Source of the DNA: Octopus sinensis
Lineage: Eukaryota
Direction: 5' to 3'
Length of the DNA stretch: 64,000 nt
NCBI RefSeq assembly: GCF_006345805.1
Contig: NC_043000.1
Coordinates: 81,220,001 to 81,284,000 of the forward strand
The notes beneath the pieces were generated by a model. That model was not told the DNA's origin. It worked only from the letters and a program-made list of their open reading frames with translations, and searched no databases. The first letter of the stretch is position 1. Each line of letters starts with the position of its first letter. This document shows positions 1-13,114 of this stretch, one piece after another. Made by a program: the position numbers and the translations under genes.

Positions 1-7
1 TAAATTA

Positions 8-227
8 GTAAGGTGACAAGCTGGCGGAGACTTTAACATAGCGGGCAAAATGCTTAGCGATATTTTGTCTGTCTTTATGTCCGGAGTTCAAATTCTGCCA
101 TGGTTGACTTTGCCTTTCATCCTTTCAGGGTCAATAAATTTAGTACCAGTTGCATACTGGGGTCAAGCTAATTGACTATCCCCTCCCCCAAATTTCGGGT
201 CTTGTGCCTAGAGTAGAAAAGAATATT
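8..227 (+). mobile_element. SINE family A copy (conserved core GACTTTGCCTTTCATCCTTT..GGGTCAATAAA..AGTACCAG)
   Basis: Head with GAGTTCAAATTC B-box-like motif; same core recurs at ~13115-13320, 15300-15510, 36663-36870, 41690-41885 (+) and 3662-3875, 34002-34169 (-). Confidence 0.8.
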
Positions 228-439
228 GTTTAGATTAGTATTCTTATGGCAGAGTCTGAGTTTATAGTTCATCACAATTCTATATTGTAAATCTGTGGTT
301 GGGCTCCTGTCAAACTGGTTTTTATACAGAGTGATATATAAGACACCTTGTTTTATATATATATATGGATAATGCCATACTAAATTCTGGTGCCTTCAAC
401 TTAGGTACCATATTCATCTGAATCTAAATTTTACTGTAC

Positions 440-473
<34 letters not shown>

Positions 474-788
474 ATAATATATATATATATTCAACAAGCA
501 GCCGGGGCTGTAGGAGATAACACTTTCCCTCAGTGCCACACAGTAAGGATGAACCCAAAAGCATATGGGTAGGAAGTAAACTTCTTTAAGTCTCTGTTGG
601 CTTTGCTTTTGGTAAGCCGTGTCGATTTTTTTTTACAATTCTGTAAATAATAATAATAATATTTTATAAGCTTAAAGCTTATAAGTGATCACTGTGTAAT
701 GATAGAGAAAATAGTCTAATATTGGAGCGTGTAAGCCCTAGCTTCAGGTCAGCCCAATATCTAGCATATCTAGTCTTTGTAGCATAGT

Positions 789-1205
789 ATGAAACTGTGT
801 AGTAGTTCCCTTGTTGGCATGAATTTGATGGTGGTAGTGGTGATGGAGGAAGAGATAGTAGTTATAGTGGTAGGGTATAATAGTGATGGTGGTTGTAGAT
901 GCGGTAGTGAAAGTGGTGCTGATGAAGGAAGAGATGTCAGTTTTGGTGATGAAGATGATAGAGGTGGTGGCGGTCATTGTGGGATGGGTGGTGAGGTGAT
1001 TGTGGTGGTGATGTTGATGGTGCTGGATTAAAAGTTGTACTGCTGATGGTAATAGTGATGGTGGTAGCTGTTGGAGTTGGTTGTGAAAGTGGATGTGATG
1101 GTAGTGGTGAGGTGATGGTGGTGCTGATGGGAATGTTGATGGTTGTGGTAGTGGTGATAATGCTGGTAATTGTAGTGATAGTACTGGTGATGGTGCTTGT
1201 ATCAT
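789..1205. repeat. Degenerate (GGT/GAT)n trinucleotide low-complexity tract
   Basis: Direct inspection; explains the T/H/V-rich ORFs at 744-1245. Confidence 0.9.
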
Positions 1206-2009
1206 AAATATTTTGTAGTTGGATGTTCCTACTGCTATTGATCACTTGGCCATTAAAGGCTAGGTGTCATGTAGCAAGTGCTGTGGGAGTACACCTGTCA
1301 AACCCTATTTGAAAATATGAAATAAAAGATGAATAATTATTCTGATTGCAAGATCCAAAAATTTATTATTTATGAAGAATTTCTGACTTTCTCCCAAGAA
1401 TTCTGGAATTGTTTGTACTAATAACTTTCACATTTCCTTTGTTCTTACTTTTCCATGCAAATTCAATCTTTAGTCAACATCTGACCTAAATATCCTGTTT
1501 TGAGTTAATGAGGGAACCTTGATATGGTTTTTTGATGTAGTAGAATGAGAAGTCAAATTTTCTTTAAACCACACACTTCTACTTTAGTCAAAAAAGGGCT
1601 GGACAGATTATTAGGGCTGATTTGGGCTTAAACAAGAAGAGCAGCTAGGATAACAACAACAACATTTTGTCTTATTTATTTATTTGCATTTTTATTTTTT
1701 TTATTACAATAAACAACAGGATCAGTGGTTTTCAATGGGTCAATCACTGTTTTATTGTATTTAAGAGGGTGAGAATGACAAAAGGGGGCCATTTTTATAT
1801 GTTCTAAGTTACATGGTAATTCAGAGCAGATAAAATGCCACAAGGTATTTTTGTTAAAAAAAAAACAACTGTTTATTATTAGCTGTCCTAAACTTTGGTT
1901 CCATTTTAGAAGCTGGTTTACTAAAATATAGTGTGGATCACTATAATATTTAATGGTCAAATTAGACAACCAAATATTGCAGTGTTTTACATCATGTACC
2001 TGATCTGCT

Positions 2010-3050
2010 AAGGATACCCCTGTTCAATTCTCCTGTATATTATGGAATTTGGAGACATTGAAGGGTAATCCACTTGAAAACTGGAACCTGGGTGAGCCAG
2101 CCATACCTGGACTGCATATGCATATGGCAACACTATCATGGCGTCAGATATATTGAAAATCAAGTTGGTTGTTACCATTCTGAGGCAGTAGGTAATAGGA
2201 GCAGGAATTAACTCGAAGGTCTTACAACTCAGTGTATGAAGAGGCAAATTTAGGTAGGACTGGGTTGAGGGTTTTGTTAAGATACTTGGGGCTTGGCTCA
2301 ACCAGAACTCAACATTGTTCAGCCTCACTCAGAAATGGGGTAAAAGAAAGTTGTCCTTGGAAGACTGAATAACAGTAGCTAAGACTTGTAACAGGTCACT
2401 GTACCTCGTCATAGAAAACACCTAACCAGATTGGAATATATGCTTTTATACTTGTTGTAAAAGGGACAGGTTCTGTTGGTCAGGAGGCCCATCCGCTGCC
2501 AATACCTAATACAATGGTTTTTTGGGGAAGTTGTGGCTGATATGCAAATATTTTTTGAAGCTGCTACATTTGTAGAGATTTCTTGATAACTACAGTAATG
2601 AACCAATATGGTTGCCTTTCATACAACACACTATTCTGCTGCAGCTTGTCTCTTTGAGCATGCTATAGCCATAGATGAGGGGCCAGCCAATGTTGATCTT
2701 TTAGCATCTAGAACATTTCGAGGCACTCACTGCTCTCTACCTGCTGAATAATGTAGTGAGTGGGAAATCTACCATATTCTATAAAATGTTATTTGAGGTT
2801 ATGGTTGCCTGTGAACAATTCCAGACATTGATAATGACAAGTTGGAGTTGTTTCTTTTGAAACACTTTCTGGTCATATATCATAGACAGTTTTCAGAAGT
2901 CTTTGACCTTATAGTGAAAGAAAGGGTTTGGGATAAGTGCTACAGGCATGACTGCGTTACAACTGTCAGTAATAGAATCTGCTTCAAAAGCAGATAGAAA
3001 GGCTATGACTGGACTCCCATCGTCATATAGGTCTATTGAATTAGAGCTGA
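2010..3050 (-). mobile_element. Heavily decayed RLE-type non-LTR retrotransposon relic (HERO/NeSL-like)
   Basis: Minus-strand translation across frameshifts gives KS*LLLFSLPRT, PSTQSYLNL..LSCK and QYI*RHDSVA. These resemble the 'WKS..F.LPRG ... LPT..NL..W..C ... RYTWRHDSVL' zinc-knuckle region in the right order. Many stops. Confidence 0.4.
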
Positions 3051-3661
3051 CCCAGGGATCAACATTGACATGTAAAAGAGTCTTTACATAGTCATTTGCT
3101 TGCTAGAAATAGCAGCCAAATCCCCTTTAGATCTAACACTACTATCTTATAACAGCAAACACACATTGGATATAGTCATAGATAGTCTGTGCTTCAAAAA
3201 TAAACAAAATTGTCATGGTAGGACTACCTTTGATTATAGACCTTTTTTCATCAATGTTAATATGAGGCAAAGAACAAACAATATTCTAGTCGTCAGTAGA
3301 TGGCCAAATCTATAAAACATCATATCAATTACATTATGGTGTTTATTAACACCTCTTTACATTCCTAGTTCAAATCCTTCTGAGATTGGTGTTACTTTTT
3401 ACTCGTTTGGATGATGGTAAATGAAGTACTAGTCAAGAACTGGATAAATCTATCTCCTCAAACATGACTATAGCACATGGTATTGAACTTAGACCCATGT
3501 GGTTACAATGTGAACTTCTTAGCCACATAGCAATATCTTACTTAATTGATACATGATTTTATCAATTTCAGAAGAATGTAAAGCAAAACTTAACTTCTGT
3601 GGGAGCCAAAAATCATTCTTCTATAGAAATCAAACCTACCTCCAAGGGCGACCAATATTAA

Positions 3662-3875
3662 TTATTTCTGCTATAGATACAAGACCTGAAATTTTAGGGA
3701 AGACGTCTAGTCGATGACATTGACAGCACTGCCCAAGTGGTATTTATTTTATTGACATGAACAGATAAAAGGCAATGCAGATCTCAGTAGAATTTGAACT
3801 CAGAAGGTAAAGCTGGAAGAAATGCCATTAGGCATTTTGTCCAGTATGCTATTGATTCAGCCAGCTTGCTGCCTT
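3662..3875 (-). mobile_element. SINE family A copy
   Basis: Reverse complement of the family at 8-227 (..gaatttgaactcagaa..gcattttgtccag..ccagcttgctgcctt). Confidence 0.75.
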
Positions 3876-3949
3876 TGATAACCACTAATATTAATATCAA
3901 AAAGAAATCTTGTTGCAATGTTCTTATGATTTGTCCATATTATTCTGTA

Positions 3950-4170
3950 AAGAATAAGGTCAGTTTCCCTGTTTTCTCTGGCATGTATATTCCTCCATGG
4001 ATGGGACATCAGTCTATTGCTGAATTACTAATTTTTAACAGCTGAGTGGACTGGAACAACATGAAGTGAAGTGTTTTGCCCAAGAACACAACACATCATC
4101 TAGTCCAGAATCAAAACTACAATATTAGGATTATGAGTCCAGCACCCTAACCACTAAACCATATGCCTTG
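3950..4170 (-). mobile_element. SINE family C copy (tRNA-like head)
   Basis: ccctaaccactaaacc head and gatgggac..cagtc core shared with 50745-51059. Confidence 0.6.
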
Positions 4171-5859
4171 ACATGGAATGTTTTTATGGTTTTGCGAAAG
4201 TATTTCTGTTGCATTTTATTTCTCCTGTAATTGGAGCAATACATACATGACATATTGAATAGAACTGAACTTGGTAAGCATACTTCATAGCAAAATAAAT
4301 TGTTGAAAAAAATAAGAAAATTAATAAAAAAAATTATACTTTGTTTAGTAATTATTGATAGAGCAAAAACTCAAACAGATTTGTGTATGTTAGTTTCTGT
4401 GAATTGTGAAGTATAAAGTCAGACTAGACACTGAAACAAATAAACAATAAACAGACAAAAAACTGTGGCTCCTAATTTCTGGTGTTTGAATATGTTGGGT
4501 GGTGGTAGTGATGGTGGTGGTGCTGGTGATAGTGGTCACTGTGAAGACAGTGGTGGTGGCAGCAGCAGCTGTAGCAATAGTAGTGATGGTGGTTGTTGCT
4601 GTGGTTGTGTTGCTGATGTGGTTATTGCTGTGGTGTGGTGGTGGTGGTGGTGACGGTGGCAGGGGGGGTGCAAGTGGGCAGTGATATGATCATGGAATGA
4701 TTATAGTAGTAGTGGTGGTAGTTGAGATGGAAGGGAAGGATGTGTAGCAATAACTGATTCTCAATATTGATCAATAAACTTCTCAGAAAAGTAAATTAAC
4801 GCTAAGCATACCAAATCCCACATCATCATCATTATCATTATCAACTCCACCATCACATCAATCATCATTATCATCACTATCATCATCATCATAGTCATCC
4901 TACCATCACCACTCATCCTGTTAAAAACAGCAACCAAATCCCTCAAGTTATACTCTATTGACCAAAAACACAGGAAGGGTACATTTGATAATGTCATCCT
5001 AAATAGTTGAAAGGAAGATGGGATGGTTACACCTGGAATACCATTGATCATAGTTTTGTTTGATCAAGGTTTGCCTGGTGCTAAATAACCAGGCAAGATG
5101 GTCATGACTGGAACACCTTTGCTTATAAGTCTACTCAGACAAAGTTGACCTGTGGCTAAAATAATACTACTAACATCATCATCTCAATATAATATATATT
5201 GAATTTATACAGACTAGCCATATACGATGTTGTTGTTGTTGTTTAGGCTCGGGCCAGCTTTGCTCAAACAGGCACTCTAGCCATGGTCATCTTGTCTTTA
5301 TGGCAGTATGTCAAACTACATTATTTCATATTATCTTAGATAAAGCATTGGAGTGTAACAGGTTGGGAAGTTTGGCTACCATTTCTAGCATACTGAACGA
5401 CCATTTGATTGTCCACATGATTATACTGTGCCGGGTCATTGGTAATTAGCATGCAAAACATGTTTCTTGTTAATTCCCATTTGAAATTCTGATTTCTTGT
5501 CAGGAAACAAAACATGTGAGGGTTGTAGGAAAGGGTGCTGGGATAGAGACATAAAATTGGCACTGGCTGTATTCTGAAGAATAGGAAGTTAGCTTTCTGT
5601 CTAATTGCCCCATTTTCGGCCTACATTTTGTTTTGGCATATAAAGGTCACAGAAATATTAACAACATGAAATTTGTTTCTCTTGGTGAATTGGTGCTTTT
5701 ATAGCTCAAACAGCAGAATTTGAAGTGTTTATGTGTAATGGTAATACCAGAATCTAGAAAATGGTGCCCCTAATATATTTCTGGAACTATTGGCAACAGA
5801 ACTATGCCATGAAGATTTCCCAGGGGTAAACATTTTGTGTTTAGATTGTACATAGGTGA

Positions 5860-6280
5860 ATATGTGTGTGAATTTGTTAGTCTGTATATAGGTTTTGTGT
5901 TCAACTGTAAGTATATGTCTGTGTGTGAATGTATATGTATGTAATTACATGGTTGTGTGTATATGTATGTAAGTATATGTTAGCATGTATAAGGTGTGTG
6001 TGTATGTTCTTATATATGTATGTATATGTAAATGAATGTAGATTATTGTGAATACATCTATGTGTAGGTATATATGGAAATGGAAATGAAAATAATTGAT
6101 TGACTGTACATGTTTGGAAGTATGTGTGTTTGGATGCTTGAATGTCGGTTAGTATGTTAATGAAAATGTTTTGTGCTTTTGCATATATGTGTGTATTGGT
6201 TAGTTGTGTGAATGTCAGTATATGTTTGTGTATGTATATGAATGTTTGTGTTTAGATGCATGTGTATATTTGTAGGTCTA
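5860..6280. repeat. Degenerate (TG/TATG)n microsatellite field
   Basis: Direct inspection; a similar field lies at 6710-7200. Confidence 0.85.
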
Positions 6281-6297
6281 GTCTAAAGATACAGTAT

Positions 6298-6505
6298 AGC
6301 TAAATGGTTAACAAGTTCACTTCAAAATTCCAAGTTTGTGAGTTCAATTCCAGTACTTGGCATCTTAGGCATCTAAATGGTTAACAAGTTCACTTCTAAA
6401 TTCCAAGTTCGTGAGTTCAATTCCAGTACTTGGCAACTTAGGCAAGCATCTTCTACCATAATCTTGAGTTTGGGTGAAAATGGACAAATGAAAACTAAGA
6501 AGAAA
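6298..6505 (+). mobile_element. SINE family B copy with tandemly duplicated 73 bp tRNA-like head
   Basis: taaatggttaacaagttcacttc..gagttcaattccagtacttggca..ttaggc occurs at 6301 and 6374. Confidence 0.75.
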
Positions 6506-7446
6506 CCTGTCAGATGAACAGTAATTTAATGATCCAGCCTTGTCATTCACTGAATAACATCAATTTTGCTTGAAAATTACATAAAGGGCACAAATTTTAT
6601 GGAGTACTCAGCACTTACTGTACATGGTACCTCAATGAACAGGTAATTCAGTTAATTGGACAACTGAAAACCCATTGTTGAAACTGACTGAGATCCTTTT
6701 ACTTTGTTTTGTTCATGTTTGTGGATGTATGTGTATATAAATTTGTATATGAATGTAAATATCTATGTGAGTGTGTGTATGACTGCTTGTGGATGGGTGT
6801 GTCTTTAACTTTGTGCATGAATGTGTGTGTGTGTGTGTGTGTACACTTGTGGGTGTGTATGCATGTAGGTTTGTATCCGATTGCAAGTTTGTATGTATGT
6901 GTGTATGAATGTGTGTGCATGCTTGTTGGTGTATGTATGTGTGTAAGCTTGTGTGTGAATGTAGGTATCTTTGTGGGTGTGTGTGTATATATATACCTGT
7001 TAATGTAACAGTATGTTTGAGGCTGTGAATGTGTATGTAGGTTTGTGTCTGAAGGCAAGTTTGCATGTGTGTGTATGTGAATATAGTGTATACTTGTAAG
7101 TGCGTGAGTATGTATAAGTAAGTTTGTGTGTGAACGTATGAATGTTTATAGGTGTGAGTGTGAATGTAAGTTCATGTTTGTCTGCGAATGTCTATAAAGC
7201 CTAAATAGGCTTTATAGGTGCAGGCATAGGTGTGTGGGAACAAGCTTGCTTCCTAACAACATAGTTCCAGGTTCAGTCCCACTGCATGGCACATTGGGCA
7301 AGTGTCTTCCACTACAATCTACTATTATTAGATTAAGAACTCATAATATTCCACACTGGATTCAGTTAATTATGATAATAGTGCACTGCTTTTATTATTT
7401 GAAGGGCTAGAAAGAAATGCAGTGGGCATACATGTTGGCTGTGCAC

Positions 7447-8098
7447 CATCATCTTCATTTAACATCCATTTTCCATGCTGGCATAGGTCAGACAGTTTGA
7501 CAGGAGCTGGCCACCCAGAGAGCTGTTCAGGTTCCAGTTACTTGTTTTGGCATGTTTTCTATGGCAGGATGCCCTTCCTAATGCCAACCACTTTAGTGTG
7601 CTGGGTGCTTTTTAGATGCTCCCAGCATGGGTGCATTTATGTGGCTCTAGCACATGTCCATTTTGCATGCCACTAGCATGGGTACACTTTATGTGACACT
7701 GGCACCTGCAAGACAAAGACCTCTCAGCTGGGAAAGGAGTGTGGGCATGGCCATAAAGGACATGCCTATATGTATGAATGGCCATGATTTTACTTAGCTG
7801 TATGTGAATGACAAAGTGTAGAGGAACTGAGAGAAAAAGTGCATATAAGAGGAATCAGATGTAGTATGCAAGAGAGAAGTTTGAAATGAAATGGATATGC
7901 TTATGGAGATTAACAGATAATGATGTACTTTGTGGACTGAAGTAGAGGGTAGCTGTAGAAGAATAAGGAGGGGTAAGGAAGACATAGGTAAAAGTGGTGG
8001 AGGTTCATCTCAATGTTGAACTTCATAGAGTATTTAACAAAAGGCTGCAACAAATGGTAAAACTGCTGTACAAAAGGTCCATTTAACTGAAGTGAGAA
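7447..8098. mobile_element. Rearranged RTE LINE 3' fragment: 3'UTR on minus (7447-7799) joined to inverted ORF C-terminus on plus (7800-~8098)
   Basis: Left part is collinear with the RTE copy at 44944-45306. Right part matches the reverse complement of 45360-45600 and 25300-25590 (ELREK..IRGIRCSMQER..EG...RKT). Confidence 0.75.
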
Positions 8099-8913
8099 TG
8101 AAAAAATGGGTATAAACTGATAATGATTATATTGAAGATGATGGTAAATATTACAAATAACTGTAATGTCTTTAACAACAAAGACTACTATAATGTTTGG
8201 TTATTTTAACAAATAATGGTAGAAGATTATTGTTGTGGATACAGAAGATTTTGTGAGAGGGGGAGGGAAGTTTTCTGAACGGTGTCAGAAAGTTGATCAC
8301 CTTTGGCTCCAAGAAAGTTTGTGTTACAGTTAATGGGTGTGGAGTATCAGACACTATCATAATTGGGTTGATATTTAAATAGATATTCTACACTGTTGGA
8401 TAGATATTAGCCAGCAATTACAATTGTACGAAACATTGTTATTGTTAACTAATTAGTTTCATCAAAGTATTCTCTCTCCCACTCTTCTTTCTCTCCTCCT
8501 CTTCTCTCTCTCCTCTTCTTCTCTCTCTCCTCCTCTCCTCTCTTTCCTCTTCTTCTCTCTCTCCTCTTCTTTCTCTCCTCCAGTTATCCCTCCTCCTGGT
8601 CTTTCTATCTCTCTTTCTCTCTGATTACATTTGAAATTAAGAGAAAAAGAGAAGAGAGATTGAATTATTATGGAAGTGTTTATTCATCTACGTCGATCAG
8701 AAAGATACGATCTAGAGTTAGCTACATCATATGAATTCCTGAGATGATAAGTAGCCATTATGGCAATCAAATGAACTGATGTAACGAGTTAATGGATTTT
8801 TGTCTCTTTGATATACCAATGTGTATTCTGAATTACAACTTTTCTATTGTAAAGAATTGTCTGAGAACTTTAAAGACATTAATTCTGTCCAAAGTATTTT
8901 CCTTTTACTCTAG

Positions 8914-8998
8914 ATTAATCCTATATTTGATCATAATAGATTGTCTGCGACAGATCTAAATCTGCTTGTAAAATTATCGGTTGAAAATGATGGGTGTG
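8914..8998 (+). other. Candidate internal exon (INPIFDHNRLSATDLNLLVKLSVENDGC)
   Basis: Acceptor ttttccttttactctag, donor G|gtgaga, one open frame, unique CpG-retaining sequence; no recognised homology. Confidence 0.3.
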
Positions 8999-9599
8999 GT
9001 GAGACATTATTACAAAATATTACATCAGTTCTTAAAGTATCTTTCTCTAAAGCTTTCGAAGCTTAATTCCACGCCACCATCTTTAACATAGCTTCTACAT
9101 ACATATACATGCTAAAAATTGATTTGTGGATTACATATATGGCATAATAATTAATTCTTTAATGTGCCAACAAGTGAGCTGGAGTCTCTGAATGATCGTT
9201 CAACCTGCTGGAAATAGCAAACAAATATCCCACATATCACAATATCACACTCTGCAATCTGAGAAAAAGAAGTGAAGTATACATTAGATAGTATAGTCCT
9301 AGATACATGGCTGACAAAAGAAAAGAAAGAATACAGAAAACCATAATCATTTACTGACATTGTGCCTTAATTAGAAACAATTATTATTTAATTATTATTA
9401 CTGATATGCAGTACCCATTTCTCTTGCTGGTATCTCAAATTTGTAAAATCAATGACATTTTGAAGGGGATTATAACAGTAATGATAATAATGAACTTATT
9501 GTATACAGTAAAAGTAACCAAGACTGCATGAACAGTACATAGAATATTCACAGGAAATGAACAGTGGCTAAGTCTTTATAAAAACAACAACAAAAATGG

Positions 9600-10230
9600 T
9601 GGGGGAACTAGGTTTACTGTTAGCAAATTTCATGAAGCATGGAAGTTTTGAAGGATGTAACAACTGATGCAGGTAGTTTATTCCATGCTTCAGCAATTCA
9701 AAGCATGAAAAAATGTTTCCAAAAGTGATGGGTGCTGTGTTGTTGTTTTGTCCATGAGTGTTAGATACATGGAATTCAAAAAGGTGCCCAGGGTTATTAT
9801 TGGAAAGATAATTGATAACCTTGTAGGTGTTTACCAAGTCAGTTGCCAGATGCTGGAGCTTTAATGTGCACATGCCCAGGGAAGCAAGATGTTCAGAGTA
9901 TGGTAGATGCATGACAATGGGAATTTGTCTGAGACATGGACTGAGGGAGTTTGTTCCAGTGAATTGTCTTTTGGGGAAGAAGATATTAGGAAAACAAATT
10001 ATTAATCTTTGTTTTGGTCGAATGAGACTATGTTTTATAGTGGTTTGACTCTTGTAGGAAGAAAAGCACCCATGAGATTAATGTGAGGAAGAGAGCAGGG
10101 TTTTCTGAGAGAGCAGGAGGCCGCACCTGAATGTCTGCAACAAAGTGAGCTCTGTTAAAGTTACTTGAGTATCAGATGGTGGTCTTAGACCACGTATACT
10201 GGGTGAAACAAGTTGAACTTGGTCATACTT
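9600..10230 (-). mobile_element. Decayed CR1/L2-like LINE 3' end
   Basis: ORF 9568-9912 LPYSEHLASLGMCTLKLQHLATDLVNTYKVIN resembles the CR1 C-terminal 'Y.ERL..LGL.SL..RRL..DL...YKI' motif. Confidence 0.65.
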
Positions 10231-10599
10231 GAATGCAGAATGCAGAGAGCTTGATCAATTTCCACAATGCAGTCTGTCTAATGTTCTAATGACTTGGCCA
10301 CATAGCCACTATATTTTCTGTTGTAAAAGAAAACTGTATGAAAGGTCTGATGAAATAAATGAATATTATCATTACATCATGAGTAATAAAATGATGCATA
10401 AACATTATCACTATTCATATGAATTAACTTATGAAATAATTCTTGATAGTGTAATAGAAATATCATTTGTTATATTGCTTGCAACACTCTCACTATGAGA
10501 TATCACAATATCACCATGAGGTATTACAATATCTCATTGCAATTTTTCTGAACAATATCTGTTTCTTAACATATTTCTTGCGATGGAGAAGGAAAGTGT

Positions 10600-10880
10600 A
10601 TGCTCCACTACAAAATGTATGAATATATATGCATGTATGTATACACATGCACACACACATGTACAAACATATGCATGCACATGTGTGCACAAATACACAG
10701 ACATATGCACAAATGCACACACATGCACACATGCACACACACACGAAGTATACATATATTTCTCTCTCTATCTTGCTACTCACATGTATACACACACACA
10801 CACGTACACACATGCACACACCCTATCAGTATTGACTCACATAACTCTCTCTCTCTTTCTCTCTGTCTCCCTCTCTCTTT
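10600..10880. repeat. (CA/CATG)n and (CT)n microsatellite block
   Basis: Direct inspection. Confidence 0.9.
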
Positions 10881-11060
10881 TTAATCTCTATTCTATTCAC
10901 CTTCACATGCATGTGTCCTTAAGTGAGTTAAATGAGAGGGAACAACATAGGACATTTTAGTCTTATTGAGGATATGTCAGCTTCTCTAGAGCTGCTGTCA
11001 TAATAAAATACTTTCTGTAAAGTTGTTGACATTAGAAACCATGCCAAAACCTTGTGTACA

Positions 11061-11096
<36 letters not shown>

Positions 11097-12329
11097 ATAT
11101 ATATATATGTTGGAAGGTTGGTTGGTTGATTTTTAAATTTAAGTTGAATAGCTCAAGATGTTGTTAATCTCAGCTTTCCATTACCATAATACACCTAGAA
11201 ATATTAGTTCGTATATGAAAAAATAACCAACAAACCTGTAACAATAAAAATCATGAAATTTACCTAAAAAGTGAATATTTACTGCCTTCCTTGTATTTAG
11301 GCATATGAGAATGACCTCCCTTGTCTAATATTATATTATATTCAACACAACATTCAGAATTCTCATCTATTTGAGACTTGTGTTTCCTGATGAATAACAT
11401 CCAATCCATCTTAGTTTCTACTTAGAATCTGCAGGCCAAAGGATTGTGCTATAATTTTTTGGTGCTTGAATGAATTTTACACAAACATAAGTTTTATGTT
11501 AATGTGGAGCCTTAGGTATCATTTTGATTAAATATGTACACACATTCACACATTTTGGTGAAAATTTCTGTTTCAGTCATTATTTCTTGGTTTTCTCCAT
11601 TTTAGCCAGAGAGAGTGAGGGGGGGATCCAACAGATGAGGAGATATTTAGTTGAACATATTATAATCATTGTAATACACTTATGATCATAGTTCTGCTGG
11701 ATCAGGACTGATCTAGAGTCAAACAACAACAAGGAAGCACATATTAGATAATGTAGTCCTAGATAAATCTGAAACAAAACGATAACATGTATAGTCATGG
11801 CTAAAATGCCTTTACTTATAATCTGTTGGATCAGATTGGGCCTGGTGGTAAACAATAATAACAGCCATAGAATAATGTTTTATGCAAGGCAAGAAGGCAT
11901 TTAAACTATCAAATAATTCCCTCAACTTCCAAGCACATTTCAGCCATAACATGTAACATATGAAACTCTCTTTTTTCATCCTCGATAAAGAGCTTGCAGT
12001 CCAAAACATTGATCCCTTCCTTTCCTCACAGTAACTATATACATTCAAACTACCACACTTCTTCTTTTCAAATAATCATGCGGATGCCATGATAACATTT
12101 TGTTTCTTTGTTTCCTTCATAATTAGATTTTCTGTTCTCTTTCCATGTAATGTAACTCTCTGTTAGTCTGTCAAGTTGACAGAATCATTAGTTAATATAT
12201 AATTAAGCCTAATATAGAGCATGTTTACTTGAAAAATAGCCCTTCTTGTCTAAAGTACATATTATTCACTGTCTTCGAGATATTTGGCACTTTATACACT
12301 GTTCTCTGTCTACATGATAATTGAATGTG

Positions 12330-12332
12330 CTG

Positions 12333-12370
<38 letters not shown>

Positions 12371-12880
12371 TTCAACACCCTCTATTTACTCTTTATTCTT
12401 CTTCTCTCTTTCTGTACCCACTCTCTCACTCAGTCTCTTCTTATCCTTATCCTTCTTTTCTATCTATCTCTCTCTCTTTCACTTCCAGTGCACTTTTCTA
12501 TCTCTAATCATTCCCCTTGCTTTTCATGCTGTCTCTCTTTTCTCACTCTTCTACTCATCACTTCTCTCTCTTGCTTTCTCCTCCTCTCTAATCTCTCTTT
12601 CTCCTCTTCCTCTCTATCTTTCTCTACACACTTTCACTCTACCTTTTTACCCTCTCTCTGTTCATTATCTCACACTGACCACTTCTCTTTCTGATCACTC
12701 TCTCTCTCTCAATCTACCTCTCTCTCTCTCTATTTTCTCTCAGTCTTACACACACTCATTGATCATTATCTATTTTTCCTTTTCTCACACTGATCACTCT
12801 CCCTCTCTCTTTCTCTCTCTTTTTATTAGTCTCTCGTTCTCTCTTCACTCCCTCTAGTCACTCTCTCTAATTCTCTCCCT
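12330..12880. repeat. 550 bp degenerate (CT)n polypyrimidine tract
   Basis: Direct inspection; source of the L/S-rich ORFs at 12284-12857. Confidence 0.9.
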
Positions 12881-13114
12881 CAGATCATAGCTGATAGTTA
12901 ATTACCTCTATTGAATTATGCTCTGAAAGGATTTACCTAAAATCAATCAGTTGATTTTTTAAAATAACTATGTATAATGATAACACAGAGAGGAGGATGA
13001 GGATGAGGAGGAGGAGGACAGTAATATCAACTATGATTATGATCATGATAATGATGATGATGACTGATAATAAAGATGACAATGGTGATGTTGATGAAGG
13101 AGGTGATATTATTA

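Noticed and set aside
744-1245. 153 aa and 102 aa ORFs
   Set aside because: Translations of (GGT/GAT)n low complexity. The same applies to the YI/CV/HT/LS-rich ORFs across the window.
8740-8835. Possible box C/D snoRNA
   Set aside because: No canonical RUGAUGA box C or terminal stem; CTGA is too frequent.
9060-9095. Partial similarity to the Penelope hammerhead (aagatggtggcgtgga on minus)
   Set aside because: No stem I, no CUGANGA core and no matching stem III; short chance match.
11258-11285. AG|GTAAAT recursive-splice-like sites on minus (also near 12932 and 53190)
   Set aside because: Expected by chance in 64 kb of AT-rich DNA; host strand unknown; needs RNA data.
11600-12000. Possible piggyBac transposase relic (HILDNVVLDKS, MQGKKAFKL)
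   Set aside because: Similarity too faint to support by eye; no TTAA-bounded TIRs found.
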